A stretch of DNA of 64,000 nucleotides from Enterobacteria phage KhF1. Positions 18,214 to 28,351 of the stretch are shown in pieces. The stretch lies in sequence record KT184313.1. One strand, 5' to 3'. A program made the position numbers and the translations under genes. The first letter of the stretch is position 1. Every line of letters starts with the position of its first letter. A model generated the notes under the pieces. The model was not told where the DNA came from. It saw nothing but the letters and a program-made list of their open reading frames with translations, and searched no databases.

Positions 18214-18467
18214 AGTGTGATTTCTCCTTTCTTTATCATTTCTAAGGCTTGTTTTCTGTCTAAAACTTCCCAATTTTCTTTGTTAAACATCTCATAAGGT
18301 CTTGCGTAGATTTTACCATCTGCTGTAGAGATGTAAGAGATACCAGCAACCCATGAGTCATCATTTTGTTTTATCATCATGTCTGTGCTACTCACATAGT
18401 ACATCGTTTTCCGAGGCTTGTGGAGCAAGTATATAGGTCGCTCATGTTTTTCTATTAAATCTTTCAT
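18210..18467 (-). CDS. Hypothetical protein between nrdA and nrdB
   Basis: ORF 18210-18551; start assumed at internal Met to avoid overlap with nrdA; ATGA overlap with nrdB start. Confidence 0.35.
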   Translation of the reverse strand: MKDLIEKHERPIYLLHKPRKTMYYVSSTDMMIKQNDDSWVAGISYISTADGKIYARPYEMFNKENWEVLDRKQALEMIKKGEITL

Positions 18468-18522
18468 GGTCTCTCCAAAGTTATTTTTAGAGGGTCTTTT
18501 ACGACCCTCATAATTGTTAAAA

Positions 18523-20757
18523 CTAAACACCACAACCCTCGCAATAAGCATCTTGCAGTGCAGATTTACCTACACCAATGCGGCTGTTAAGGTAGTACAT
18601 GGTTTTCATACCTACCGAGTTGGCATAAATCATGTACTTCAAAGCTTGAGCCAATGATACCTTCTTAGCTTTTGCGTAGTCAACATAGAAATCTGAAGAG
18701 ATAGCTTGACCAGTGAACTTTTGAACAATTGCATAACAATCAATCATATCAAAGGTGTCAATATCCCAAGCAATTTCATAGACATACTTCAACTCTTCAT
18801 AATCTGGAACAATAAACAGTACGTTACCAGTTGCAGACTTTTTAGTTAAAATAAAGTCACGAATTGGGTACAAGCCATTTGTCGTGTTAGTTGCTAGTGA
18901 AGAACTCTCATTAGGCATGTAAGCTTCTAATACAGAGTTTCGGATTCCACCATTTTCTTTGATACGTTGTGCTAAGTCATCCCAATCATATCGTAGTTTT
19001 GCATCATGCTTTTCATCAATCTTCTTGTTAGCTGTCTTTGGAGGAACCCAGCCTTCAGGATACTTAGTGAACTTCATGTATTCTGGAACGCCACGCTCTT
19101 TAGCAAGTCTCAGAGAGGCTTCATGCAGATAGTAAGAGTGCATCTCTGCCAGTTCATGAAGTTTCGTTTTACCTGCTCGTGAAGAGTAGTTCACGTAGTT
19201 CTTCGCAAGGTAATGAGCCACATTTGTAAGGCCAATCCCAACAGAACGACGCTTCTGAACATGGTTACGCATCGACGGATACGGATAATCCATAAGGTCA
19301 ATAACGGAGTCAACCATTGCAAGAGCATAATAAGCAACGTCAGCGTATTCATCTTCTGAAATTCTCCCTGCAACCAAACTAGCTAGGAAGCAAAGAGCCA
19401 CCTCACCATCCTCTTTCACAGCATCGTCTCTGTAAAGGTCTGTCTCTTTCTCAAAACCATACACTGGCAACACAATTTCCATACAAAGATTTGACATCTT
19501 CAATGGTTCTTTAAATGGTGTATGTGTGTTCGCATTGTTAGTGAAGAATGGATACACACGACCTGTAGCATAACGCTGTTGAATAAACAGCTTGGCAATT
19601 TCACGAGCCTTTACTCGTCTGTGCTTAACTCCTGAATGTACTGCGTGACCAACTGCCATAGCAAACTCATCAGCAGATGCTGTGTAGAACATGTCATAGA
19701 GTTTTGGTGCATCTTTGTAAGAGAATAGCAACCAATCTGTATCATACTGAACACACTGCCAGAAATAATCGTTTGTGCCGAATGAGTAGTCCATCTCATT
19801 AATACGTTTAGAAGGAACCGTTGTAGGGTGCTTCAAACGCAGTAAATCTTCAATCTGCGGGTCTAGAGCAGTGTAGAAGTTATTAGCTGAACCGCCACGA
19901 CTCTTCTGTTTGTTTGCCTCTACAGATGAACGTACAAGCTTGTAATAAGGTAGTTTACCCATGTGCTCAATCGTATTTTGACGGATACCATCACCAATAG
20001 TACGTGTCTCCATCAGCATACCAATACCAGCTTGCTTTGTGGTCATATCATAAGCAACCTTTGCAGCAATACCAAGAGACTCAGCAGTATCATTTGCCTT
20101 AATCAAACAGCATGACGCATAACCGGATTTAGTTGCTCTTAAACCGTTTAAATAAGGCGTAGGAGCGTTAATCTTCAGGTCAGATAGGTAAGTGTACAGC
20201 TTGATAACATCTTGCAGTCTACGGTGCTTTGGTTGCTTCTCAAAGGCTTTCATAGCCATACCCATAAACATAAATTGTGGTGACTCAAACAGTCTTCCCG
20301 TTTTAATATCACGGATACCGTACTTGTCTCTGAACTGTTTCAAGACTGCATAACCGTAAGAGATATCTTTTGAGTGCACGATGTAACCTTGCAGGTATTC
20401 AAGCTCTTCCTGTGAATAATCCATCTTCTCCCAAAGTCCTGCTCTCTCCATATTTTTAACGAAGGTAATCAGCGTAGGAACCTTAGTAAAGCCTCCAAAG
20501 GCTTCTTTGTAGATAATACCCAAAAGCAGTCGTCCAGCCATATCTGAGTACTCTTGAGTTTGTTTATCAACACAAACATCAATCATGGCTTGGTGCATCT
20601 CTTTTGTAGTGCAACCCTCATAGACACGTTTCATAGCTTCCATAGTGACTTCTGACCAGATAATTCCACGTTTATCTGCCCATGATGCCCACTTATTCAG
20701 TCTTTCTGGGTCAAAGCTTACTACTGTACCATTTGATTTTTTAATTGTCTTAATCAT
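18523..20757 (-). CDS. nrdA: Ribonucleotide reductase large subunit (class Ia)
   Basis: N-terminal ATP-cone; active-site block SNLCMEIVLP; 744 aa. Confidence 0.9.
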   Translation of the reverse strand: MIKTIKKSNGTVVSFDPERLNKWASWADKRGIIWSEVTMEAMKRVYEGCTTKEMHQAMIDVCVDKQTQEYSDMAGRLLLGIIYKEAFGGFTKVPTLITFVKNMERAGLWEKMDYSQEELEYLQGYIVHSKDISYGYAVLKQFRDKYGIRDIKTGRLFESPQFMFMGMAMKAFEKQPKHRRLQDVIKLYTYLSDLKINAPTPYLNGLRATKSGYASCCLIKANDTAESLGIAAKVAYDMTTKQAGIGMLMETRTIGDGIRQNTIEHMGKLPYYKLVRSSVEANKQKSRGGSANNFYTALDPQIEDLLRLKHPTTVPSKRINEMDYSFGTNDYFWQCVQYDTDWLLFSYKDAPKLYDMFYTASADEFAMAVGHAVHSGVKHRRVKAREIAKLFIQQRYATGRVYPFFTNNANTHTPFKEPLKMSNLCMEIVLPVYGFEKETDLYRDDAVKEDGEVALCFLASLVAGRISEDEYADVAYYALAMVDSVIDLMDYPYPSMRNHVQKRRSVGIGLTNVAHYLAKNYVNYSSRAGKTKLHELAEMHSYYLHEASLRLAKERGVPEYMKFTKYPEGWVPPKTANKKIDEKHDAKLRYDWDDLAQRIKENGGIRNSVLEAYMPNESSSLATNTTNGLYPIRDFILTKKSATGNVLFIVPDYEELKYVYEIAWDIDTFDMIDCYAIVQKFTGQAISSDFYVDYAKAKKVSLAQALKYMIYANSVGMKTMYYLNSRIGVGKSALQDAYCEGCGV

Positions 20758-20773
20758 TTTCGAATCCTACAGA

Positions 20774-20798
20774 TGAAAAGAGCCTCCGAAGAGGCTCC
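20774..20798 (-). terminator. Intrinsic terminator upstream of nrdA
   Basis: Minus strand GAGCCTC-TTCG-GAGGCTC followed by TTTTC; stem 20780-20797. Confidence 0.55.
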
Positions 20799-20803
20799 CT
20801 AGT

Positions 20804-21139
20804 TTAAATCTTGAAAATTTGCTCATTCTGCCACATATCGTAAAACTTATCACTTACTTTTGTGATAGACGAAGCGTGCATACAATTTAAGAGCCATGAT
20901 GGAGTCTTGCTATCCATGATTATTTTGAGCTTTTGTGCGACGTTGCCATCCATATCTGAAACAACATAATTACCGCGTATTTTACATACAACTTTTCCAA
21001 ACAAGATTGCACTTCTTCCTCTTCGGTCATCACAGTACATAACTGTGTCTCCGTGTTTAACGTCCCGTCCGAGACTGTCAACACCTAATTTAGCACCAGA
21101 GATAATGGCATCGTAATCTAACTTCTTTGCTTTAAACAC
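20804..21139 (-). CDS. Hypothetical protein (111 aa)
   Basis: ORF in packed block. Confidence 0.4.
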   Translation of the reverse strand: MFKAKKLDYDAIISGAKLGVDSLGRDVKHGDTVMYCDDRRGRSAILFGKVVCKIRGNYVVSDMDGNVAQKLKIIMDSKTPSWLLNCMHASSITKVSDKFYDMWQNEQIFKI

Positions 21140-21464
21140 GGTATTTCTCCAAGTTTCTTTTTAGATATAACCAACCGTAGTCAGTCCTTTCTACACCCAT
21201 AAAAAGTGGAGCCATCACAACTTTACCAAAAGTATTCCTGTGTTGGCAGATTTCAAAAGAATACTCTTTCTCAATGTCAATCCCGTATTTGTACAGGACT
21301 GCTTTTAAAACTTGTTCATTATCCAGAAGTGTATCTGGAGTCTCACCATACTTTTCAAGTAACGGGTCATTCATAAACACCGTCATAGAAATATTGTAGT
21401 TTGAGAAGTGGCTCTTCTGAGCCACACCTTCTTTATTAATGTTCTGTGAATCCATTATAACCAA
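21132..21464 (-). CDS. Hypothetical protein (110 aa)
   Basis: ORF; start uncertain (overlaps upstream gene). Confidence 0.35.
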   Translation of the reverse strand: MVIMDSQNINKEGVAQKSHFSNYNISMTVFMNDPLLEKYGETPDTLLDNEQVLKAVLYKYGIDIEKEYSFEICQHRNTFGKVVMAPLFMGVERTDYGWLYLKRNLEKYRV

Positions 21465-22191
21465 CCCCTTTTAACCAGCACTTCAGGTTATTAGCATCAT
21501 AATTCAGTTTCGGGTATGAGGTTACATGGAACTGCTCACCATCATAGTAGACAATATCTGCAATCCATAGTCCATTCTCTTTACAGAAGTCTTTATCTGC
21601 TTTAGAGGTAATTGGATTAACTTCTACAAAACCATCTACACCCAAATCCTTTAAGCTACATACAATACCTTTGCAGATAACGCATGTGTCAGATACTACC
21701 ACAAAAAGTTCTTGGCTTTCAAGTTCTACAATGTATTCACCAAGCTGAACTTTAGGGAGATTAGATTGCTTCATAATCTTCCCATCGGCTGCGCGAACAA
21801 TTGCATACCACTCTTTACCATCAACTACTGACATTCTGATGATACACTCTTGACCAGTACGCTTCTCAATATCTGCAAGACGTTTTAAAGCTTCTTCATA
21901 GTCGTCTGTGTACTTCAGGTCATTATTATGGCAAACGGCTTCCATAGCGCCATTGTGGTCATGCTGTGACAGATAAATCAGACCGTCAAGAACATATTGC
22001 AAATCTGCCTGAGCATCCAGTGTCTCAATGGGGTCTTTCTCTTCAATTGCTTTTACAAGCTCTTTTGCTTCTTCAAGCATACATAGAGATTGAGATTTCA
22101 AAGACTCCCAATACTCATCACTGTAAGGTTGCTTTTGAGTGTTTCCACAACGAAGATTCCAGTTTTTTACTGATTCTCTTGAGTTAAACAT
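21436..22191 (-). CDS. Hypothetical protein (251 aa)
   Basis: ORF; no recognisable motif. Confidence 0.45.
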   Translation of the reverse strand: MFNSRESVKNWNLRCGNTQKQPYSDEYWESLKSQSLCMLEEAKELVKAIEEKDPIETLDAQADLQYVLDGLIYLSQHDHNGAMEAVCHNNDLKYTDDYEEALKRLADIEKRTGQECIIRMSVVDGKEWYAIVRAADGKIMKQSNLPKVQLGEYIVELESQELFVVVSDTCVICKGIVCSLKDLGVDGFVEVNPITSKADKDFCKENGLWIADIVYYDGEQFHVTSYPKLNYDANNLKCWLKGVGYNGFTEH

Positions 22192-22430
22192 TTGGACTCC
22201 TTAAAATATCTGTTAACCTTTAGCTCTCGTGTTTCAATATATTCCAGATGTTCACGTAGCTCTTGACGTTTAAGCATTAGGTGCTGCATTTGAGATTCAA
22301 CAGCTTCAACCTCTTTAATTATTGACTCTCTGGCATTTGCAAGAATGCGCTCAAGTTCTTCAATCTTGCTGTCAACTTTTGCTACATGACTCACAGCTTT
22401 ACTTTTGTTAAACATTTTATTCTCTCTCAA
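22167..22430 (-). CDS. Hypothetical coiled-coil protein (87 aa)
   Basis: Heptad-like charged sequence. Confidence 0.35.
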   Translation of the reverse strand: MRENKMFNKSKAVSHVAKVDSKIEELERILANARESIIKEVEAVESQMQHLMLKRQELREHLEYIETRELKVNRYFKESKCLTQENQ

Positions 22431-22436
22431 TAGTTA

Positions 22437-22934
22437 TCAAGCACAGTTTGCTTTCATTACCTTATGGATTCTTTTTTCAGCATCTTCATAAGTTTCTTTA
22501 GTAATAAACTTAATTGCTGCAATATTGGCATTGTAGAAGAGCCTGAGCTTCGAGTCAATCCTTTTTGTCATTACATCGAATTTATGTTGAAGGTTTGCTT
22601 CACCATAGACTAGACCACCTTTTGTGTAGTAGGTTTGAATAATGTAAAAATCAAAAGATTCTTTTCCAAAGCTTTCAATATCTTTTTTAATATACTCAGA
22701 AGAGGTTTCGTAAGTCATCCAATCACTCTCCTTAGTGACTACCTTCTTCCGAGTCTTCCCAGCAACTTTTCTTTTTGTCACACTGTTAAGCTGTTTCTTT
22801 CCGATATAATATTGTCCAGTCTTCTTACAGTGCACTAAATAGACAAAGCCAAAATGTTTAGTGGGGTCAACTTCCCCACATAAAGATACCCAATGACCGT
22901 AGGTAGGGCAATTGCCAAATCCTTTAATCTTCAT
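22437..22934 (-). CDS. Possible GIY-YIG-type endonuclease
   Basis: GFVYLVHCKKTGQYYIGKK resembles GIY-(9-11)-YIG motif, with downstream basic residues and Glu/Asn. Confidence 0.35.
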   Translation of the reverse strand: MKIKGFGNCPTYGHWVSLCGEVDPTKHFGFVYLVHCKKTGQYYIGKKQLNSVTKRKVAGKTRKKVVTKESDWMTYETSSEYIKKDIESFGKESFDFYIIQTYYTKGGLVYGEANLQHKFDVMTKRIDSKLRLFYNANIAAIKFITKETYEDAEKRIHKVMKANCA

Positions 22935-23964
22935 TCATACACGGCTCCCAATTATATTTCTTGAAAGAGAAATTGTCTTTTGGATTTCTCTCTTGATATG
23001 CTATCCAGAAATGCTGTTCCATTAACTCTAATGGTGTTTTGGTAACAGTCTGTCCATCCCATGACACATAGGTATAAGAATCTTTTTTAGCATAAAGTTC
23101 ATAGATAGCGTCAAGACACTCTTTGTAGGTCTCTTTACCCTCTAAAGCATTCATCACAGCTACTTTACCAGCACCTTTTAGGCCGAAGTAGTTGTCTGCA
23201 TTATCTCCAGCAACAGCCTGATAGCACAAGAATTTAAAACCTACACCAACTGTTTTTGCAGCTTTTGGTTTTGATTTGATAGGACAATCCCAGATATCAC
23301 CAACATTATTGTCAGCAATAAAGATTAGTGGTGATTTTTCATAGGTCATATCAATGCAGTAAGTCCCTTCAGCTTGTCGAAGGTCTTTGTCAATGCTCAT
23401 AAGAGCAGCTTTCTTACCCATCTTTTCAGCTTTAGCAATTACGATTGAATCGGCTTCGAAGCCACCCTTTAAGAGTTTGAATTCTGGTCTTGACAGAAGA
23501 TACTCACGACAAGCAACTAAGTGTGTTGGTGTGACAGCATCTTTACGGTTACCTTGATATTGGTGCTCAAGACCTTTAATGTCTTTATGTTTATGCACAC
23601 CTTTCTCTGTTAAATAACCTACCCAAGTTCTCTCTTTACCAACAATCTTAAGCCATTCCTGAAGCACCTGTTGAGTAGCCATGATAGCTTCTTTTTCACT
23701 CTTAGCTTCTTTCCAAGTCTGTCTTTCCCATTCATCTTCATCAAATGCTAGGCCAAGCTCTTCTACAAGGATTCTCTGGTCTGCTAACCATCTTGCAGCA
23801 TCTTTTGCATTATCAAATGATTCAGATTCTTCTGCTGTGAGCTTATTGACATATTTATATTTTGCTTTCTCAACTACACAAGCACCTTTATAGGCAATAC
23901 TGTCAGAGTCAATAAAGACATGTGTAACTGAATCGGGAAGTTTTTTTAATGTGTACTTCTCCAT
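22924..23964 (-). CDS. 5'-3' exonuclease (T7 gp6-like)
   Basis: MSIDKDLRQ and GDNADNYFGLKGAG resemble T7 gene 6 exonuclease blocks as recalled; 346 aa. Confidence 0.5.
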   Translation of the reverse strand: MEKYTLKKLPDSVTHVFIDSDSIAYKGACVVEKAKYKYVNKLTAEESESFDNAKDAARWLADQRILVEELGLAFDEDEWERQTWKEAKSEKEAIMATQQVLQEWLKIVGKERTWVGYLTEKGVHKHKDIKGLEHQYQGNRKDAVTPTHLVACREYLLSRPEFKLLKGGFEADSIVIAKAEKMGKKAALMSIDKDLRQAEGTYCIDMTYEKSPLIFIADNNVGDIWDCPIKSKPKAAKTVGVGFKFLCYQAVAGDNADNYFGLKGAGKVAVMNALEGKETYKECLDAIYELYAKKDSYTYVSWDGQTVTKTPLELMEQHFWIAYQERNPKDNFSFKKYNWEPCMNED

Positions 23965-23980
23965 TGTGACTCTCCATATG

Positions 23981-24010
23981 AAAAAGCCCCATACTAAGTA
24001 CAGGGCTTTA
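23981..24010 (-). terminator. Possible intrinsic terminator downstream of SSB gene
   Basis: Stem AAGCCC/GGGCTT with large 14-nt loop then T-run on minus strand. Confidence 0.3.
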
Positions 24011-24026
24011 AAGTAACTTTTAGAGA

Positions 24027-24884
24027 TTAGTCTTCTGTATCGAAGTCTTCATCTTCTTCGTCATCTGGGTCTGGCAAGTCTTCATCGTCACCATCATCAG
24101 AATCATTCGAAGGTTTGTGGTCTTTTGCGTCTTCTTCAGTGATTTCACCGTTATCTTCAACACCATCAAGACCAAGCATAGCCAGTTCGTCTTCATCCAG
24201 TTCAGGTTCACCGTTAGCACCGTTGCCACCAGTGTAAGGTACAAGAGTATCAATGATAAACTGTTCCTGAATAGGTTTTGTCAGAACATTGTTCTCAAAA
24301 GTGTAGAAGTGAGTAGAAAGAATCACACTACCAAAAGAACCGTTACCGACTGCAATATCTGGATGAATTACATCATAGTTCTTGTCATCTTCATGTTTAT
24401 CAGATGCTTGAGCTTTGATTTTCTTCATCGGCTGTTTAACAGCTACACGTTTACCATTTACTTCTTCAATCAGCATTACAGGGAATGACTGTTTAGCTGT
24501 CCACACAGCACCATCTTTATAAGCTGCTGCACGACTTACTTTCAAGATGTAGTAAGTGTCTGCTTCAAAAGGTGGTTTACAACCAAACTTCTCTTCGAAG
24601 TCGTCTGCATCAACTGCTTCAGTAGTAACTTTATCCCATCCTTCTGGATTTTTCTTAGACTTAGTAAACTCTTTAAACAGTTTGTTACCGTCTTCTGCCA
24701 GAATTGATACGCTGTAGTTACAATCTTTTCCTGGGAATTTCTTATCAATAGACTTACCTTTTCCCGGACGTGGTGAAGTATTCAGGTAATAAAACCAGAC
24801 ATCTTTCAGCAGGTAACGCAGAGTTTGACGTTCAGTACCGTTGTACTTCTCTACCGGAGCTTTCATTTTAACAACTTTAGACAT
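24027..24884 (-). CDS. Single-stranded DNA-binding protein (T7 gp2.5-like) with acidic C-terminal tail
   Basis: Long Asp/Glu-rich C-terminus (DDGDDEDLPDPDDEEDEDFDTED); position in replication module; 285 aa. Confidence 0.5.
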   Translation of the reverse strand: MSKVVKMKAPVEKYNGTERQTLRYLLKDVWFYYLNTSPRPGKGKSIDKKFPGKDCNYSVSILAEDGNKLFKEFTKSKKNPEGWDKVTTEAVDADDFEEKFGCKPPFEADTYYILKVSRAAAYKDGAVWTAKQSFPVMLIEEVNGKRVAVKQPMKKIKAQASDKHEDDKNYDVIHPDIAVGNGSFGSVILSTHFYTFENNVLTKPIQEQFIIDTLVPYTGGNGANGEPELDEDELAMLGLDGVEDNGEITEEDAKDHKPSNDSDDGDDEDLPDPDDEEDEDFDTED

Positions 24885-24957
24885 TATTTTAAACCTCTAT
24901 CTCAATTTATGAAGAGTACCAATTCTAATTTGTTGATACTCTATTGTCAAACATTAA

Positions 24958-25107
24958 TTACTGGAAGTTGTGCTTATCTTTAGAAGCTGCTTTACGTGCA
25001 GTTTTTCCAGTTCTTACACGTTTTTCTTCATAGTATTTTGCTGGTTTTCCAACAGTGGCTTTTAAAGAGTCCCCAAAAACTTTTTCAAATGCTTTAGAGT
25101 GTTTCAT
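24958..25107 (-). CDS. Small basic protein (49 aa), tentative
   Basis: Manually translated MKHSKAFEKVFGDSLKATVGKPAKYYEEKRVRTGKTARKAASKDKHNFQ; below ORF-track cutoff. Confidence 0.25.
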   Translation of the reverse strand: MKHSKAFEKVFGDSLKATVGKPAKYYEEKRVRTGKTARKAASKDKHNFQ

Positions 25108-25397
25108 GATATTCTCCGATATACTTGATATTCAAACACATTTTCTTTCATTATAAACAGCCAACCAATATTATGTTCAGGTATAGTAATAGTGACTGTG
25201 ATAATACTGTGATGGAACTTTTCTTCTACCTCAACACCCCCATCACATTTCATGTAGAGCATTCTATAGAACCTATCAATCTTTGTCAAACACTCTTCCT
25301 GAAATTTATTTAAACTTTTTTCTTCAAAGAAGGGTGTGAACCCCTCTCTTTTATAACTATCACTCAGTTTCAAACGGGCAGTCATCTGCATCCTCAC
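25104..25397 (-). CDS. Hypothetical protein (97 aa)
   Basis: ORF; start uncertain (overlaps primase-helicase stop). Confidence 0.35.
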   Translation of the reverse strand: MRMQMTARLKLSDSYKREGFTPFFEEKSLNKFQEECLTKIDRFYRMLYMKCDGGVEVEEKFHHSIITVTITIPEHNIGWLFIMKENVFEYQVYRRIS

Positions 25398-27351
25398 TTA
25401 ATACAGGTGGAATCGTTGAGCTTTGACGTTGTTCTTCAGTATAGACTTCACCAGTCTCACGGTCAAACACTTCATCCTCATAATGAGGCAAAGAGTCATC
25501 ATAATGGTCTTCAGCTTCACCAATACCAAACTGTTGACGAATATTTTCTGCTGCGCCATCAATGTCAACACCACATCCAGAAGCTTTAATAAGACGTCCT
25601 GTATCTGGATTATACCAAGTATGACCAGCAATACCTGTTGACTTACCATGACGACGACACTTAGTTAACTTGATTTTTGTCAAGTTTTTCTTAACTGGGT
25701 CTGGGTCAACCTTGTTACGCATTAACAGAATGTTATTCATAGAAATCTGAAAATACGCACCAGAACCTTTGATATCCTCTTCAGAGATATCTCCACCTTC
25801 AGAGTTAGCTTTCTGACCACCTGCACTCTTACGAACGTGACATACGTTTACCTGCGCATACTGGTAGCGTTTGCAACGACGCAATAGCTCAGACAAAACT
25901 TCTTCTTCATCCGTATCAGAACGTGACAGGGCTAACGTGATAGGGTCAAGAATGATAATCTTACAGTCTAAACTGTTAACAAGATAGTCAACAAACTCTA
26001 GCAGGTTATCTTGGTCAATTGCCCCTTGATGGTCAACGATATGGATACGACGGCCTTTAGATAGTTCTGCGTGTGCTCCTTTTAATTCATCCCAATCCCG
26101 TTCATCATAAGGAATCTCAGAAATCTGCTTGCTCAGGTGGATTGCACAGAGCATCTCCATCAACTCTTCATAGGTATCTTCTACAGGAATTACACCGATA
26201 TTATAATCAGTTTCTTTCCAAGCTGAGTAAATCATCTCACGAGTGTAAGCTGACTTACCTACTGAAGATGGTGCTGCAATAGTTGTAATCTCACCTAAAC
26301 CGTAACCACCATAAGTCAGCCTGTTCAAATCTCCGAAAGATTCTGGGAAAGGAATCAATGGAATCTGACCACGATTCTTCATTGCCTCAAAACCATCTGC
26401 GAAGTTCTTGATACCAGCAGGGCAGTAACGGGGTGCATTGTAGATACGCTGCTTAAATCCTTCCAGAACTGTATCTTTTTCTTTATAGAACTTTGTCCAC
26501 CATTCGTTAAGGTCTTTTACACCTTCTGGATACTGGAATAAACGAACCTTCTCAATAGGTAGGATACCAGCAGCCTCTTTAGTGGCTTTAGCACCTGCTT
26601 CATCGTTATCAAAGCACAAGTAAATCTCATCAAATGATGTAATGTACTGATAGTTATCCTTGATAGACTTGATGTTTGCACCTGATGGAACAGATACGTG
26701 ACAGTAATTCTTACGACGAGATTTGTCCTTAATCGCAAGAGAAGTCATATAGATTGCTGTCGCACATTCCATCTCACCTTCCCAGATGAATAGACGGTTA
26801 CCACCTTCTGGAGCAATCCATGAACCGAACATTGCCAGTTCACCTTTAATGTCTCCAACACCACCAGAAAAGTCTTTTAACTTACCTCGTAGGTGCTCTT
26901 TTGGATGGTCTTCTGGGTAACGGTGACGAACACGATATCCAACATGCTCTAGCTTGCCATCTTCATTGCGTTTGTAAGTTGGGTAGAAATGCGCGTCAAT
27001 TTCACCATCACTGTCAATGTCAACCTTGATACCCAAACGCTCAAGAACTTTTGCAGGAATCTTCCTGTCTTTCAAGTCCATCGCTTCAAGGTTTTCTTTC
27101 ACATCGTCTAAATCCATTCCACGGAAAGTACGGTTTTTATTGTCTGAACCAGTAGAATAAGTGCTCACGATTTGTCCTTTATCAAAATCCCACTCTGGGA
27201 AACCTTTGTTACAACTAAAGCAAGTCATTGAATAAGAACCATCGTCATGATGATAGATTGAACCAGCATCTGATGAACCACAACGTGGACATGCGCAATG
27301 ACCAACAAACTGACCAGCCTCTTTCAATTTACGACCTTTAGACATTAGCAC
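25360..27351 (-). CDS. DNA primase-helicase (T7 gp4-like: zinc ribbon + TOPRIM + DnaB-type helicase)
   Basis: N-terminal zinc ribbon CPRCGSSD...CFSCNKG; helicase Walker A APSSVGKSAY; 663 aa. Confidence 0.85.
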   Translation of the reverse strand: MLMSKGRKLKEAGQFVGHCACPRCGSSDAGSIYHHDDGSYSMTCFSCNKGFPEWDFDKGQIVSTYSTGSDNKNRTFRGMDLDDVKENLEAMDLKDRKIPAKVLERLGIKVDIDSDGEIDAHFYPTYKRNEDGKLEHVGYRVRHRYPEDHPKEHLRGKLKDFSGGVGDIKGELAMFGSWIAPEGGNRLFIWEGEMECATAIYMTSLAIKDKSRRKNYCHVSVPSGANIKSIKDNYQYITSFDEIYLCFDNDEAGAKATKEAAGILPIEKVRLFQYPEGVKDLNEWWTKFYKEKDTVLEGFKQRIYNAPRYCPAGIKNFADGFEAMKNRGQIPLIPFPESFGDLNRLTYGGYGLGEITTIAAPSSVGKSAYTREMIYSAWKETDYNIGVIPVEDTYEELMEMLCAIHLSKQISEIPYDERDWDELKGAHAELSKGRRIHIVDHQGAIDQDNLLEFVDYLVNSLDCKIIILDPITLALSRSDTDEEEVLSELLRRCKRYQYAQVNVCHVRKSAGGQKANSEGGDISEEDIKGSGAYFQISMNNILLMRNKVDPDPVKKNLTKIKLTKCRRHGKSTGIAGHTWYNPDTGRLIKASGCGVDIDGAAENIRQQFGIGEAEDHYDDSLPHYEDEVFDRETGEVYTEEQRQSSTIPPVLSEDADDCPFETE

Positions 27352-27538
27352 CTCTTCGTTGTAGTTCTTCCTTCAATCCATTTTCAATCTTGTCCAGTTC
27401 ATGAATTTCATCTGCAATCTCTTTCCTTCGTGATTCAACTCTCTTAAGACGTTCAATCATTACCTCATTGGAAAGAGATGAGAGTTCCACTAAACGGTGG
27501 TCAATAACTTTAAAATTGTCTTTTACTCTCATCTTCAT
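27338..27538 (-). CDS. Small coiled-coil protein (66 aa)
   Basis: Charged heptad-like sequence; overlaps primase start. Confidence 0.35.
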   Translation of the reverse strand: MKMRVKDNFKVIDHRLVELSSLSNEVMIERLKRVESRRKEIADEIHELDKIENGLKEELQRRGANV

Positions 27539-27546
27539 TCTCTCTT

Positions 27547-28290
27547 TTAAACTTTAATGATGGCTCTTAGCTTGTTCTCAAGGTCTGCAAGAGTACCATT
27601 ATTATGAATAATGTCACGCTCATATTTTGTAGAAATCCCATTTTCTGAAACATGTGATGAAACTTTGTCCACATTGTCTCTTTTTACTTCAATAGTTTGG
27701 TGTGCAAATCTACTCAGCCATTCAGCTTCAGAGTCAAATCTTAAATCACTGATTAAGACAAAACCATATTGGTTTCTAAGTGAGCACATTTCATGGAATC
27801 TAACCATTCTTTTTTCAAGGTCTTTAGACCAGAACTTGTCGCCCATTACTTTACGGACAACTTCAGTACCCCAAACCTGTTGAATTTGTCTTGATGAGAA
27901 TTTATACTTTTTACTAAACCCCAGACGTGTTAATAGGGTAGGTTTAGCAACCTTCTTAAGTTCCATGATTAAGCGTCCTGTCAATTCTGACATAAGTTTA
28001 AAGTCCATATGGTAACGTTCATCTCTGAAGGTGAACTCCATAGCTTCCGTAACTTTAAACATCAGTTCAGAGTATGATAAGTCAAAAACCTGTGGAGTCT
28101 CTTTAGTTTCACCGTACAGGTCATTCCAAGTCAAGTCAAATATCTTTGATGCAGATAGTTTAAGGTTGTCTGCAAAGGCCATTACAGCAACATTGTAGCC
28201 ATACTCATCCTCTAAGATGTTCTTCACAATAGAACATGAGGTGTCTTTTCCAGAACGTGCCTTTCCAGTAAATGCGATAATATTACTCAT
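27547..28290 (-). CDS. Deoxynucleoside monophosphate kinase
   Basis: N-terminal P-loop AFTGKARSGKDT typical of phage dNMP kinases; 247 aa. Confidence 0.7.
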   Translation of the reverse strand: MSNIIAFTGKARSGKDTSCSIVKNILEDEYGYNVAVMAFADNLKLSASKIFDLTWNDLYGETKETPQVFDLSYSELMFKVTEAMEFTFRDERYHMDFKLMSELTGRLIMELKKVAKPTLLTRLGFSKKYKFSSRQIQQVWGTEVVRKVMGDKFWSKDLEKRMVRFHEMCSLRNQYGFVLISDLRFDSEAEWLSRFAHQTIEVKRDNVDKVSSHVSENGISTKYERDIIHNNGTLADLENKLRAIIKV

Positions 28291-28351
28291 TTTATCTCCC
28301 TTAATTACTAAAAAGCCCCCAACTAAGGAGGCTTGTAAGATTTATAAAGAC

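Noticed and set aside
14506-20757. Inteins or group I introns interrupting RNR or polymerase genes
   Set aside because: NrdA, NrdB, NrdD and the DNA polymerase have normal lengths with conserved blocks in continuous frames; no extra in-frame insert or split ORF noticed.
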